Source: Christensenellales bacterium
Lineage (GTDB): Bacteria > Bacillota > Clostridia > Christensenellales > CAZKXV01
Length of the DNA: 64,000 nucleotides
Assembly: GCA_050952545.1 (NCBI GenBank)
Contig: JBMNLD010000003.1
Coordinates: 225,683 to 289,682 of the forward strand
Reading direction: 5' to 3'
This document shows positions 37,951 through 46,148 of this stretch, one piece after another. Under the pieces are notes generated by a model. The model searched no databases, had not been told where the DNA came from, and worked only from the letters and a program-made list of their open reading frames with translations. A program made the translations under genes and the position numbers. The stretch's first letter is position 1. Every line of letters begins with the position of its first letter.

Positions 37951-38780
37951 TCGGCTACGGGCAGCCTCAAGCCGAGTTCGTTATAGCGGTAATCCGTTAA
38001 TTTAACGCTGTCTACCGTAAAATCGTAAAAATCCTTAACGCCTGTGTCGATTTCAAATTTCGGCGCGTCGTACTGAGGGTTATTTATTATTTTCTTCACT
38101 GTGTCGATATGGCGGTCGTAAATATGCGCGTCCGCGATTACATGGACGAGCTCGCCCGCGACAAGACCGCTGACCTGCGCGAACATATGCATAAGCGCCG
38201 CGTACTGGACTACATTCCAGTTATTTGCAACGAGCATATCCTGGGAGCGCTGATTTAATATAGCGTTTAGTACATTGCCGCTTACATTGAATGTCATGGA
38301 ATATGCGCACGGATATAAATTCATTTCATTCAAATCGCTGTGGTTGTATATATTGCTTATTATCCTTCTGCTGTAAGGATTATGTTTCAAATCGTAAAGG
38401 ATTCTGTCCACCTGGTCGAACATTCCCTCGCGGTATTTATGCTTAATGCCGAGCTGATAGCCGTACGCCTTGCCGATCGAGCCGTTCTCGTCCGCCCACG
38501 CGTCCCAGATTCTTGAATTTAACTCCCTTACATTATTGGACTTTTTCTGCCATATCCAGAGCAGTTCGTCTACCGCCGCCTTAAAATTCGTCTTTCTTAT
38601 CGTAATTATCGGGAATTCTTTACTAAGGTCGTAACGGTTGACAATGCAGAATTTCTTGACGGTATGCGCGGGCGAATTGTCGTCCGCCCAGCGCGGACGC
38701 ACTTCGCGGTCAGTGTCCCACACGCCGTTATTCATTATATCCGTTACATTTTCAATAAAAATCTTATCGGCTATACTCAT
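37947..38780 (-). CDS. thyA: Thymidylate synthase (ThyA)
   Basis: ThyA-like sequence throughout. Start moved to the ATG at 38780, which forms an ATGA overlap with the upstream lipoprotein stop. Confidence 0.9.
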   Translation of the reverse strand: MSIADKIFIENVTDIMNNGVWDTDREVRPRWADDNSPAHTVKKFCIVNRYDLSKEFPIITIRKTNFKAAVDELLWIWQKKSNNVRELNSRIWDAWADENGSIGKAYGYQLGIKHKYREGMFDQVDRILYDLKHNPYSRRIISNIYNHSDLNEMNLYPCAYSMTFNVSGNVLNAILNQRSQDMLVANNWNVVQYAALMHMFAQVSGLVAGELVHVIADAHIYDRHIDTVKKIINNPQYDAPKFEIDTGVKDFYDFTVDSVKLTDYRYNELGLRLPVAE

Positions 38781-40234
38781 TGCTCTTCCTCGTCGAACAT
38801 TCCTTCGGTATACGCTCTTAGTTCGGGATATCCTCCGTTTGCATCTTCGGATATAGACCATACTTTCTCAAAATCCCATTCGTTATAACTGCTCTGCTGT
38901 TTCATCAGCTCGGTTATAAGCGAGGTAATACCGTCGCGGTTAGAGGGCGTGGTGCCCGAGTCCTGATTCTGTTCAAGCCCCGCCGCTTCGTAATCGTAAT
39001 AATTATCTTGAAATACCACTACCGTGGTGCCCGAAACAAGCCCTAAAAAGCCTTTTTTCAGCGAGCTCTGATTGATGTTCTCAACCTTACCCGCCGCGTA
39101 TGAATTGTATATCTTGCAGTTATAGGCATAGGCGATAAACGCGCCGATATTGATATTGTTGGTGCAATCTATCGAGACTTCGGTCAGCGTATAGCAGTTT
39201 CTCATTACCGCTCTGGTGCCCGAAGCGTAGCCTATGAATCCCCCGCCCGATACGGAATTCGTGTTCTTGGCGCTGACGGTGCCCTTTGAGGAACACATTA
39301 CTATCTCGCAGTCTTTATTGTAGCCGATAAGACCGCCGACATACGCGGAATTTGACTGAACGGTAATCGAGCCTTCCGCAGAACAGCCGTGAATTCTATT
39401 GATTTCTTCGCTTTTATACCTCTCGAGATAGCCTATCAACTGCCCTACATACTGCGTATTGGAATCCGTAGTCTTTAAGTTTATTGAGCCGCTCACGGTA
39501 CAATTAAAGATATTCGAATCCGTTACCTTGCCCGCAAGACCGCCGATATTGTATCTGCCGTTCACCTTTATATCAATCGTATAATCTTTAAGATTGAGGT
39601 TTCTTATCGAGCCGTTCAGCACGCCCTTGAAAAAGCCGTGCTCGCCGCCGTCCGGTACGGTTATCTTGTAATTGCTTATCGTATATCCCCTGCCGTCAAA
39701 ATGACCCTGAAATCTATTAGCGCTTGTGCCTATCGGCTTGAATTCCTCGCCGTTTAGGTTAATATCTTGATTTAGGACATAATACAGCGGAACGGTTACA
39801 TCCTTGCCGTCTTCACGGATAACTTTGGCGCCCATCTTGATATTACTTAATTCATAGCCTGAATAAATTATTATAGGGTCGTCTTCAGAGCCCGTTCCGA
39901 GATGATAGACTGCGGGTCCCGCCGGCTCCGAGTCCTTAAAATCGCCCTCGTTGTTTCTCGCCTTTACGCTTACCGAATAATCGCCGGGCTCGTTTATAGA
40001 CACCTCAAATGTAGTCTCCTCCGTGGAGACGGTATAAGAGCTTTTATTAAAATGCACGCTGACGATGTATTTATCGGCGTTCTCGACTTCGTCCCATATA
40101 AGCGTTACTCCTTCAAATCTTATATTGCTAGGAGTGTCTAATTTGGGTTTAGAGAAGATGTTATCGTCCTTGCAGGCTGTCAGCGTGGCGATAATTATAA
40201 TTAAACCTAATATGATAAGCAGAAATTTCTTCAT
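38777..40234 (-). CDS. Surface lipoprotein with FN3-like module and GLUG-type repeats
   Basis: Lipobox 'LTAC' after 'MKKFLLIILGLIIIIAT'. Repeated 'IGGLAG / VGGLIGY / GGGFIGY' motifs. C-terminal 'WDFEKVWSI...GGYPEL'. GAGGA RBS for the ATG at 40234. Confidence 0.7.
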   Translation of the reverse strand: MKKFLLIILGLIIIIATLTACKDDNIFSKPKLDTPSNIRFEGVTLIWDEVENADKYIVSVHFNKSSYTVSTEETTFEVSINEPGDYSVSVKARNNEGDFKDSEPAGPAVYHLGTGSEDDPIIIYSGYELSNIKMGAKVIREDGKDVTVPLYYVLNQDINLNGEEFKPIGTSANRFQGHFDGRGYTISNYKITVPDGGEHGFFKGVLNGSIRNLNLKDYTIDIKVNGRYNIGGLAGKVTDSNIFNCTVSGSINLKTTDSNTQYVGQLIGYLERYKSEEINRIHGCSAEGSITVQSNSAYVGGLIGYNKDCEIVMCSSKGTVSAKNTNSVSGGGFIGYASGTRAVMRNCYTLTEVSIDCTNNINIGAFIAYAYNCKIYNSYAAGKVENINQSSLKKGFLGLVSGTTVVVFQDNYYDYEAAGLEQNQDSGTTPSNRDGITSLITELMKQQSSYNEWDFEKVWSISEDANGGYPELRAYTEGMFDEEEQ

Positions 40235-40258
40235 CAAGCAATCCTCATAAACACTGAC

Positions 40259-40287
40259 ATTATACATTTTATCTATTTTATAGTCAA
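40259..40287 (-). promoter_or_regulatory. Sigma-70-like promoter for the lipoprotein-thyA-folA operon
   Basis: Minus strand TTGACT, 17 nt spacer, TATAAT. It lies inside the ORF-track N-terminal extension, which supports the shorter start. Confidence 0.5.
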
Positions 40288-40355
40288 TATATTTATAATG
40301 CGGTAAAACGCCTTATCGTTTGACAAAAAACCGGACTGATGATATTCTTACTCTT

Positions 40356-40919
40356 ATGGCTGCACCTAAAAAAATCGATACCAGACAACTTATCTTGGAT
40401 ACAACCGAGCAACTGATTGAAGAAAGACAAGTCGAGGCGGTCTCGCTTCAGGACATTGCGGCGAAAGCGGGCATAAGCAAGGGCACTTTGTATTACTATT
40501 ACACCTCAAAGCAACTCGTGCTGCTTGACCTCGTCGAAAGATATATCAAAAACCTCGCCAACGATTATATAAAATGGATTGAGGACAAAGAAAAAGACAC
40601 TTCCATAAAGCGTCTTATTTATTATGTGCTCGAGCGCGGAGCGAGGAGCAAGCGCGCGAAACTCCATATCTATCTTATCAATCATGCGCTTAGGGACGAC
40701 CGCAACGAAGTGCGCGGCAAGTTCAAGGAATTATACCGCAATTGGTCGGATATGCTGAGAAAATCCATTGAGGAGCGAATTGACAGCGAGGACGCGGCAA
40801 TGGTCGCGGATGTCCTGTTAATGATGATAGACGGGATATTAATCCGCGAAATGATGGACGACAAGCGCTACGATTTGATGAAAATTTCAGAACTGTTAAT
40901 TAATAAAATCAATAAATAA
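40356..40919 (+). CDS. TetR/AcrR-family transcriptional regulator
   Basis: HTH 'SLQDIAAKAGISKGTLYYYY'. The ORF-track TTG start coincides with a TTGACA -35 box. The ATG at 40356 has no SD, so the mRNA may be leaderless. Confidence 0.75.
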   Translation: MAAPKKIDTRQLILDTTEQLIEERQVEAVSLQDIAAKAGISKGTLYYYYTSKQLVLLDLVERYIKNLANDYIKWIEDKEKDTSIKRLIYYVLERGARSKRAKLHIYLINHALRDDRNEVRGKFKELYRNWSDMLRKSIEERIDSEDAAMVADVLLMMIDGILIREMMDDKRYDLMKISELLINKINK

Positions 40920-41013
40920 AAAAGCAATAAGAAATAATATTCTATTATAAATGTTTTTACTTTTCCTATTATAAATAAACCTATAAAATTATAGCGTTTA
41001 TAAGTATACTATG

Positions 41014-41153
41014 GTAGCTATAACATATGGATTTTTCGATAATAGCACCACAATCAGGTTCTCCATAGTATTATTACATGGAGGTTCCGATGGGGCGCTG
41101 GCGCGGAAAAGACACCGTTAGAGCGGATAAACTTCCGCCAGAAGACGGCGGAA
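41014..41153. ncRNA. Unclassified hairpin-rich RNA-like element, copy B (short form)
   Basis: Shares the 5' block (GTAGCT.TAAC...ATTTTTCGAT.ATAGC.CC.CAATC.GGTTC) and the 3' block (TGGGGCGC.GGCGCGGAAAAGA..CCG.T.GAGCG...AACTTCCGC) with 9563-9850. A small CTCCAT...ATGGAG hairpin replaces the ~190 nt core of copy A. Confidence 0.4.
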
Positions 41154-41181
41154 AAAAAGGCAATCTTCATTGATTGCCTTT
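41152..41181 (-). terminator. Intrinsic terminator of the 1204 aa phosphoesterase gene
   Basis: Minus strand AAAGGCAATC-AATGAA-GATTGCCTTT followed by TTTTT. Confidence 0.7.
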
Positions 41182-41209
41182 ATTGTTATCCTAATCCGAT
41201 AATGGAATA

Positions 41210-44200
41210 TTAAGCCGCTCTTTTCTTTTTGAGATGTATTACAGTTATCGCGATGCCCCCTGACAGCACTGCCGAGGAGCCGACGACTACAGCTATAATC
41301 GCGATAATATTGTTTTTAGGCTTTAATTCATTGATTTCGCCCGTCTCGAGATCATATTCGTACGCTTCGTAATAGAGCTCTTCTCCGTCGTAATAGAGCC
41401 TGCCGAATACGGGTCTTGAAAGCGTCGGAGCGTGGAGTTCTTCGCCGTAACGCACGGGAATATCGGGATTGTCTTGCCAGTTATAGAACTTATCGCCTAT
41501 TGTGCCCAGCGTAACAAATAATATGCCTTTGTCGCCTATCTTGGATTTATAGGCGCCTTTTCTGGCTATTTCGCCCTCGCCGTCGAGGTAGTAGGTCGTA
41601 GAATATGTATGGTCGTGTCCGCCCAGTACGAGATGCACGCCGTTATTATAAAAAATCGGGGTTAATTGCTTTCTCATCTCGATGACATCGATATCAAAGG
41701 AATGCGAGCCCGAAGAATAAAGGCTCTTGTGCATAATAACGACTTTATGCGCTTTGTCGGTATTTGCTAAATCTTCTTCAAGCCACCGGACCTGCGCCGC
41801 GCTCAACTTGTTATTCTCGAGGTCGTTTGTGTTTAATACCGTGAAATGCACGCCCGAATAATCAAAAGAATAATACAATCCCGTCGCCGCGTTCTGCTCC
41901 GGCGCGGACACATTGTAATACAGCAGACTGTTGTTATACGGCGTAATCACGACATCGGCAGATGAGGGATTAAAGCTGTCGTCTACGACAAATGAGCTGG
42001 ATTCATGATTGCCTGTGGCGGTTACAAAAGTCGTATTCGCGAAAAATTCCGGACAGGTATTGAGTAAATAACGGTAATGCGCCATATTCTTGGAATTGTC
42101 CACATTGTCGCCCATGCTAATCACAAAATCGTAACCGTTAATAAACACGCTCTCTATATTATTTAATACCTCGAACACCTCGTCGTACGAGCTCTGCGTA
42201 TAGCCCTGCGGGTCGGCAAAGAGAAGGATATCGAATTCCTTGTTGTCGTCGGGCGCGGTTGCCGTGGAATATACGGGGCTCCAGTAGCCGCCCATACCGA
42301 ATCCGCTTGCGCCGACCTGATAATAATATTCGGTGCCGGGCTTTAAGTTCTTTAATTCAACGCTGTGCCTGCCTATCTCGCCCGTGCCGTATGTCGCGAA
42401 TACGCCGACATCGATCTGCGCGTATGTATGCGCGTATACGGCGAATTCGCCCGAAACCGTTACGGCGCCCGTCATATCCTCCTTCTCACTGTATCTTATC
42501 TCGGTAGCGTTTACGCGCTTATCCGTAAACCATACGAAATTCTTATCCGTTCTGGGGTCTTCGCCGAAAGACACTGTTATCATAGAGGGTAATTTGCCGT
42601 TGGCAACAGTCGGATTGTCTTCTCTTGCTATATCAATAAATGTGAACTCGTCTCCGGCGCTTAAAGTAATCGGTATCGGGTCATCATAACTGACATTAGG
42701 GCTTTCGTCAATTGCGAAAGCGAGCAGGGCGTTAGCTGCGATTTGTCCGAGACCAGTCGAAAAACTCTTGGTCAAATAGCTATTCAGCATTGTGTCGACG
42801 AAATCCAGCGCCGTTCCCGTGCCTATATCCAGTCCTATATCGAGAAAACTCAACGCGGCGCGGACGAGTTTGTCCAAGTTTACGCTCGCGACATTAAAAT
42901 TCTCTATTCCGAGGACTCCCCCCAGGCTGTTAAGCAGGTTCATGTCATTAGCGCTTAAACCCTCCGATAAATTCATTTCCCGGGTCAATAATCCGGCAAG
43001 TATTTTATATACGCCTTTGTCTTTATCGAGAAGAATTTCAAGCAGGGATTCTACGACGCTGCCGTTTCTTAAATTGTCGATTCCCTCCCGTATATGAGAC
43101 GGCAATTGATCAATGCTTGTGTACAGCGCGCCGTCGATGTGCGCAAATAAACAGAAGAAAAATACTTCGATTATACTATCGTCCCGCGAGGTTATCGATA
43201 ATCCCCTTACTTCCCCTACGAGTTCTTCTAAAAATCCGAAAAGTTTATTCTCGCCGTTCGCGCAAATCGGATTGTCTCCGCCGTAAGTGTAATCGTCAAG
43301 CACTTTAGTTTCTATCTCGGAGATTAGATTGTCTACTATAATGTCAATGCTGTTTTTGATGCTGCCTAAGGGTAAGCCCATTACTTTGTCCGGGATATAG
43401 CCCTTGACCATACTTAGGAGCTCGGGCACAATTTCGGGCGAGAGGTATTTGACCATATAGTTGTCGATGGCATTTTCATAAATCCTGATTTTCGCGTATT
43501 CGCTGATGTCCGTACATTTCTTGCCCTCGATTAAATGGTCTACGCGGTTTTCTGTAAAGAATTCATCGTCAAGGTACTCGTTGTCGATAATGTAGCCGAA
43601 ATCAACTTCCTTGGTAAGCTCCAGCATCGTCGTCAATTTCTCGGCGTAAGTATCGCCGATGTAGCCGTAGGAGATATCGGAGTATCTAACGCCTCCCGCA
43701 TAGGACGAGGACGAGCCCGTTTCGATATCCGTTATCTGATTGTTATTAAAGCTGATATGGTGCGAAATGCTGTTGGCGTGCATATGACCCGAGAATGAAT
43801 ATCTGACGCCCAGGTCGGCAAAAAAGTCCGCGACCGTTACCCAGTCTTCAACCGTAAATCCCGCCATCATCGTATCCTCTAAAGGATGTTGCGGCACAAT
43901 ATTGTGGTGGAGAACGATGATTTTCGTATAATTGTCGTCGCTATCCGCGCAATCGGCGAAAAAGTCAAAAATATTAGCGGTAAAAGTCGCCGACAATAAA
44001 TGTCCGTCTTCGGCGTTAGAGTCCTCCTCGTCAATCATCATAAATGATACGCCTTTATCCGATGTCACATAATAGCTTAATTCGCCGTGACCGTAATCTT
44101 TTAACGAGTTGTAATTTTCTTTTCTTGCATAGAGCCATTCTATATCGAGGTTAGCGGCATTATTGGAATGTATGTACGCGTCGTCGTCCTTATCGTAGGG

Positions 44201-44824
44201 AACAAGCGTTAAATTCAATTCCTCGTCGGTGTAAAATTCAAGCGCGTCCGCTTCGTCCATATCGGGATACCCTAGTCCCGAGTAAATTTTCGACAGCTCT
44301 TTTCGAGTAACATTAGGGGCGGGCTTGCGCATTCCGTCACCCGAATATTCGTATGTCGCGTCGTTATATATATCGTGGTTTCCGAATATCACAAGCACCT
44401 GAAAATCCGGGTTTCCGTCCGCTCTTATATCGTTCTGCAGCTTTCTCAAGGCGTTTGCGATATCAATATGGCTTGCCCTCTCTCCGTCTTTAGCTAAATC
44501 TCCGGACAGCACAAGGTAATCCAGATCTTGCCCTTTCTCCCTGATACCTTCTAGAACTTTGATAAATATTGCGCTGTTTTCGATAAGTAATCTTGACTCC
44601 GCCCTCATATCCACGAGAAAATCCGCTTCGGGGTCAGTGCCGTTATAGCAATATCTTAAAGGGTAATAGTGCATATCCGTAATATGCGCGATACGTATCA
44701 CTCCTTCCTCTTCGTATTCGTCTTCGGCGCTTGTAATCAGGTTATTCGTCGCGGCAAATAAAGTAATTATCGAACACATTAAAACAATCGTGATAATCAA
44801 AAATCGGTTGAGTTTCTTCGCCAT
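41210..44824 (-). CDS. Cell-surface double metallophosphoesterase (calcineurin-like x2, purple-acid-phosphatase-type N-domain), C-terminal TM anchor
   Basis: Signal peptide 'MAKKLNRFLIITIVLMCSIITLFA'. Domain 1 motifs 'ITDMHY', 'SGDLAKDG', 'GNHD', 'GHMH'. Domain 2 motifs 'FADPQG', 'MGDNVD', 'TGNHE', 'GGHDH'. C-terminal hydrophobic helix followed by KKKR. Confidence 0.8.
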   Translation of the reverse strand: MAKKLNRFLIITIVLMCSIITLFAATNNLITSAEDEYEEEGVIRIAHITDMHYYPLRYCYNGTDPEADFLVDMRAESRLLIENSAIFIKVLEGIREKGQDLDYLVLSGDLAKDGERASHIDIANALRKLQNDIRADGNPDFQVLVIFGNHDIYNDATYEYSGDGMRKPAPNVTRKELSKIYSGLGYPDMDEADALEFYTDEELNLTLVPYDKDDDAYIHSNNAANLDIEWLYARKENYNSLKDYGHGELSYYVTSDKGVSFMMIDEEDSNAEDGHLLSATFTANIFDFFADCADSDDNYTKIIVLHHNIVPQHPLEDTMMAGFTVEDWVTVADFFADLGVRYSFSGHMHANSISHHISFNNNQITDIETGSSSSYAGGVRYSDISYGYIGDTYAEKLTTMLELTKEVDFGYIIDNEYLDDEFFTENRVDHLIEGKKCTDISEYAKIRIYENAIDNYMVKYLSPEIVPELLSMVKGYIPDKVMGLPLGSIKNSIDIIVDNLISEIETKVLDDYTYGGDNPICANGENKLFGFLEELVGEVRGLSITSRDDSIIEVFFFCLFAHIDGALYTSIDQLPSHIREGIDNLRNGSVVESLLEILLDKDKGVYKILAGLLTREMNLSEGLSANDMNLLNSLGGVLGIENFNVASVNLDKLVRAALSFLDIGLDIGTGTALDFVDTMLNSYLTKSFSTGLGQIAANALLAFAIDESPNVSYDDPIPITLSAGDEFTFIDIAREDNPTVANGKLPSMITVSFGEDPRTDKNFVWFTDKRVNATEIRYSEKEDMTGAVTVSGEFAVYAHTYAQIDVGVFATYGTGEIGRHSVELKNLKPGTEYYYQVGASGFGMGGYWSPVYSTATAPDDNKEFDILLFADPQGYTQSSYDEVFEVLNNIESVFINGYDFVISMGDNVDNSKNMAHYRYLLNTCPEFFANTTFVTATGNHESSSFVVDDSFNPSSADVVITPYNNSLLYYNVSAPEQNAATGLYYSFDYSGVHFTVLNTNDLENNKLSAAQVRWLEEDLANTDKAHKVVIMHKSLYSSGSHSFDIDVIEMRKQLTPIFYNNGVHLVLGGHDHTYSTTYYLDGEGEIARKGAYKSKIGDKGILFVTLGTIGDKFYNWQDNPDIPVRYGEELHAPTLSRPVFGRLYYDGEELYYEAYEYDLETGEINELKPKNNIIAIIAVVVGSSAVLSGGIAITVIHLKKKRAA

Positions 44825-44855
44825 TGTTCACCTCAAAATATAAAAGTACTCTTAA

Positions 44856-44884
44856 ATTATACATTAAAAAAGGGGCGATTTCAA
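44856..44884 (-). promoter_or_regulatory. Sigma-70-like promoter of the phosphoesterase gene
   Basis: Minus strand TTGAAA, 17 nt spacer, TATAAT. GAGGTG RBS before the ATG at 44824. Confidence 0.5.
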
Positions 44885-44889
44885 GCCCC
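44866..44889 (-). terminator. Intrinsic terminator ending the ECF-aroK transcription unit
   Basis: Minus strand GGGGC-TTGAAATC-GCCCC followed by TTTTTT. A second weaker hairpin lies at ~44913-44936. Confidence 0.65.
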
Positions 44890-45065
44890 AATTCGGAAAA
44901 ACTTCCGAAAAGAGTCCGCCGTTTATATACGGACTTTTGCAAGAATCCCCCTATTCGGCGCGATTTACCTATCGATAAAAATAATAAAAGCCTGTTAATG
45001 ATGCTATTAATTCGAAACAGTACAAAAAACGCAATGACAGCGCCGAAATCAGATTCTAGAAAGCA

Positions 45066-45509
45066 TCAACGGAAAATTATTATCTCGTCAGCGATTTTAC
45101 GGTATATGGGCAATCTTTCAAGATACAGCCGGTATAAATCGTCTTTGGATTTATCTTTTACCAGCGGTCTTGTCGTGTCTTCTACCAATCTATTCCATAT
45201 TATCTCGAAGTCCGTATCTACAAAAATTACGCGGCTGCTTGATTTTATCAGCTCGTAATTATATACGGGCGCGCCGCCGCCCAGATCCACTATTAAATTG
45301 TCTCCTTTATAAATTTTACGGAGCGTATCAGTCTCCGCCTTTCTGAAATACTCTTCGCCGTAAATTGCGAAAATCTCATTTATTGTAAGCTTCAGCGCTT
45401 TCTCGATTTCGGCGTCCGAGCTGACGAATTTTACTTTTAACTCGGTAGCTTTAGCTCTTGCAAGCGTGGATTTGCCCGATGCCATAAAGCCCGTGTAGGA
45501 AATATTCAT
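45066..45509 (-). CDS. aroK: Shikimate kinase
   Basis: 'GFMASGKST' P-loop, 'GEEYFRKAE', 'LGGGAP' and 'RPL' motifs. 147 aa. Confidence 0.75.
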   Translation of the reverse strand: MNISYTGFMASGKSTLARAKATELKVKFVSSDAEIEKALKLTINEIFAIYGEEYFRKAETDTLRKIYKGDNLIVDLGGGAPVYNYELIKSSSRVIFVDTDFEIIWNRLVEDTTRPLVKDKSKDDLYRLYLERLPIYRKIADEIIIFR

Positions 45510-45530
45510 ACGGGTATTATAGCATATATG

Positions 45531-46148
45531 TTATAAATCCCGCAATAATTTGTCATACAGCGCGCGGTATTCGTTAAGTCCCGCGCCGCGTCTTACGATT
45601 AATCTTTTAAGCGCGTTATTAAGTCTTGTCCCGTTAATACCCGTCTTGATGATTTCCCGAGCGTATATAAGCTTTACGCTTTCTTTTACGCCTTTATATG
45701 TTAAGGCGAATAAAATGTTATCCGAAAGGCTGTCACGATAATCGTATTCGTCCGAGGTTAGACGCATTTCGTCGTAATCTATTCCGTAAACGCTGTCCTT
45801 TACGATATAATTAGTGAAATTGTTATCGGTCTGAACATAACCCGCGGAAGATAAATTCAAAGTGTAATCGATAAGCATTCGCGCAAGGATTAACGCGCCC
45901 TCTTCGTCCGCTTTCAGAAATTTGTCCATATACGAGGCGCCTTTAATGTATTCCATATAGACAGTATCGTCCCTGATGCCGTACGCCTTGGCGACGGGCG
46001 CGTAAGGGTAAACGGCTGTCATCACCCCGTAGGCGTATTGCGCGGATTGCCCGCTCGGATAACATTTTATTACCGTATCCGACGCCGCATCGAGGTATAC
46101 GCGGTTTTTACCGTTTAATCGGATAAGATCAGCGTGATTTTCGGGCAT
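45531..46148 (-). CDS. Hypothetical small protein-kinase-like (PKL-fold) protein
   Basis: 205 aa. Catalytic-loop-like 'QTDNNFTNYIV' (DxxxxN) followed by 'YGIDYDE'. 34 nt overlap with the MobB-like gene. Confidence 0.4.
   Translation of the reverse strand: MPENHADLIRLNGKNRVYLDAASDTVIKCYPSGQSAQYAYGVMTAVYPYAPVAKAYGIRDDTVYMEYIKGASYMDKFLKADEEGALILARMLIDYTLNLSSAGYVQTDNNFTNYIVKDSVYGIDYDEMRLTSDEYDYRDSLSDNILFALTYKGVKESVKLIYAREIIKTGINGTRLNNALKRLIVRRGAGLNEYRALYDKLLRDL

Noticed and set aside
9563-41153. The two direct copies of the RNA-like element as boundaries of a 31 kb genomic island.
   Set aside because: The enclosed genes are core housekeeping (carAB, glnA, aroA, cysS, alaS, thyA, folA, yabPQ). 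No integrase, tRNA target or compositional shift is visible.
44824-45258. 144 aa plus-strand ORF spanning the phosphoesterase/aroK intergenic region.
   Set aside because: It runs through two terminator hairpins and a promoter and is antisense to aroK. It has low-complexity sequence and no RBS.
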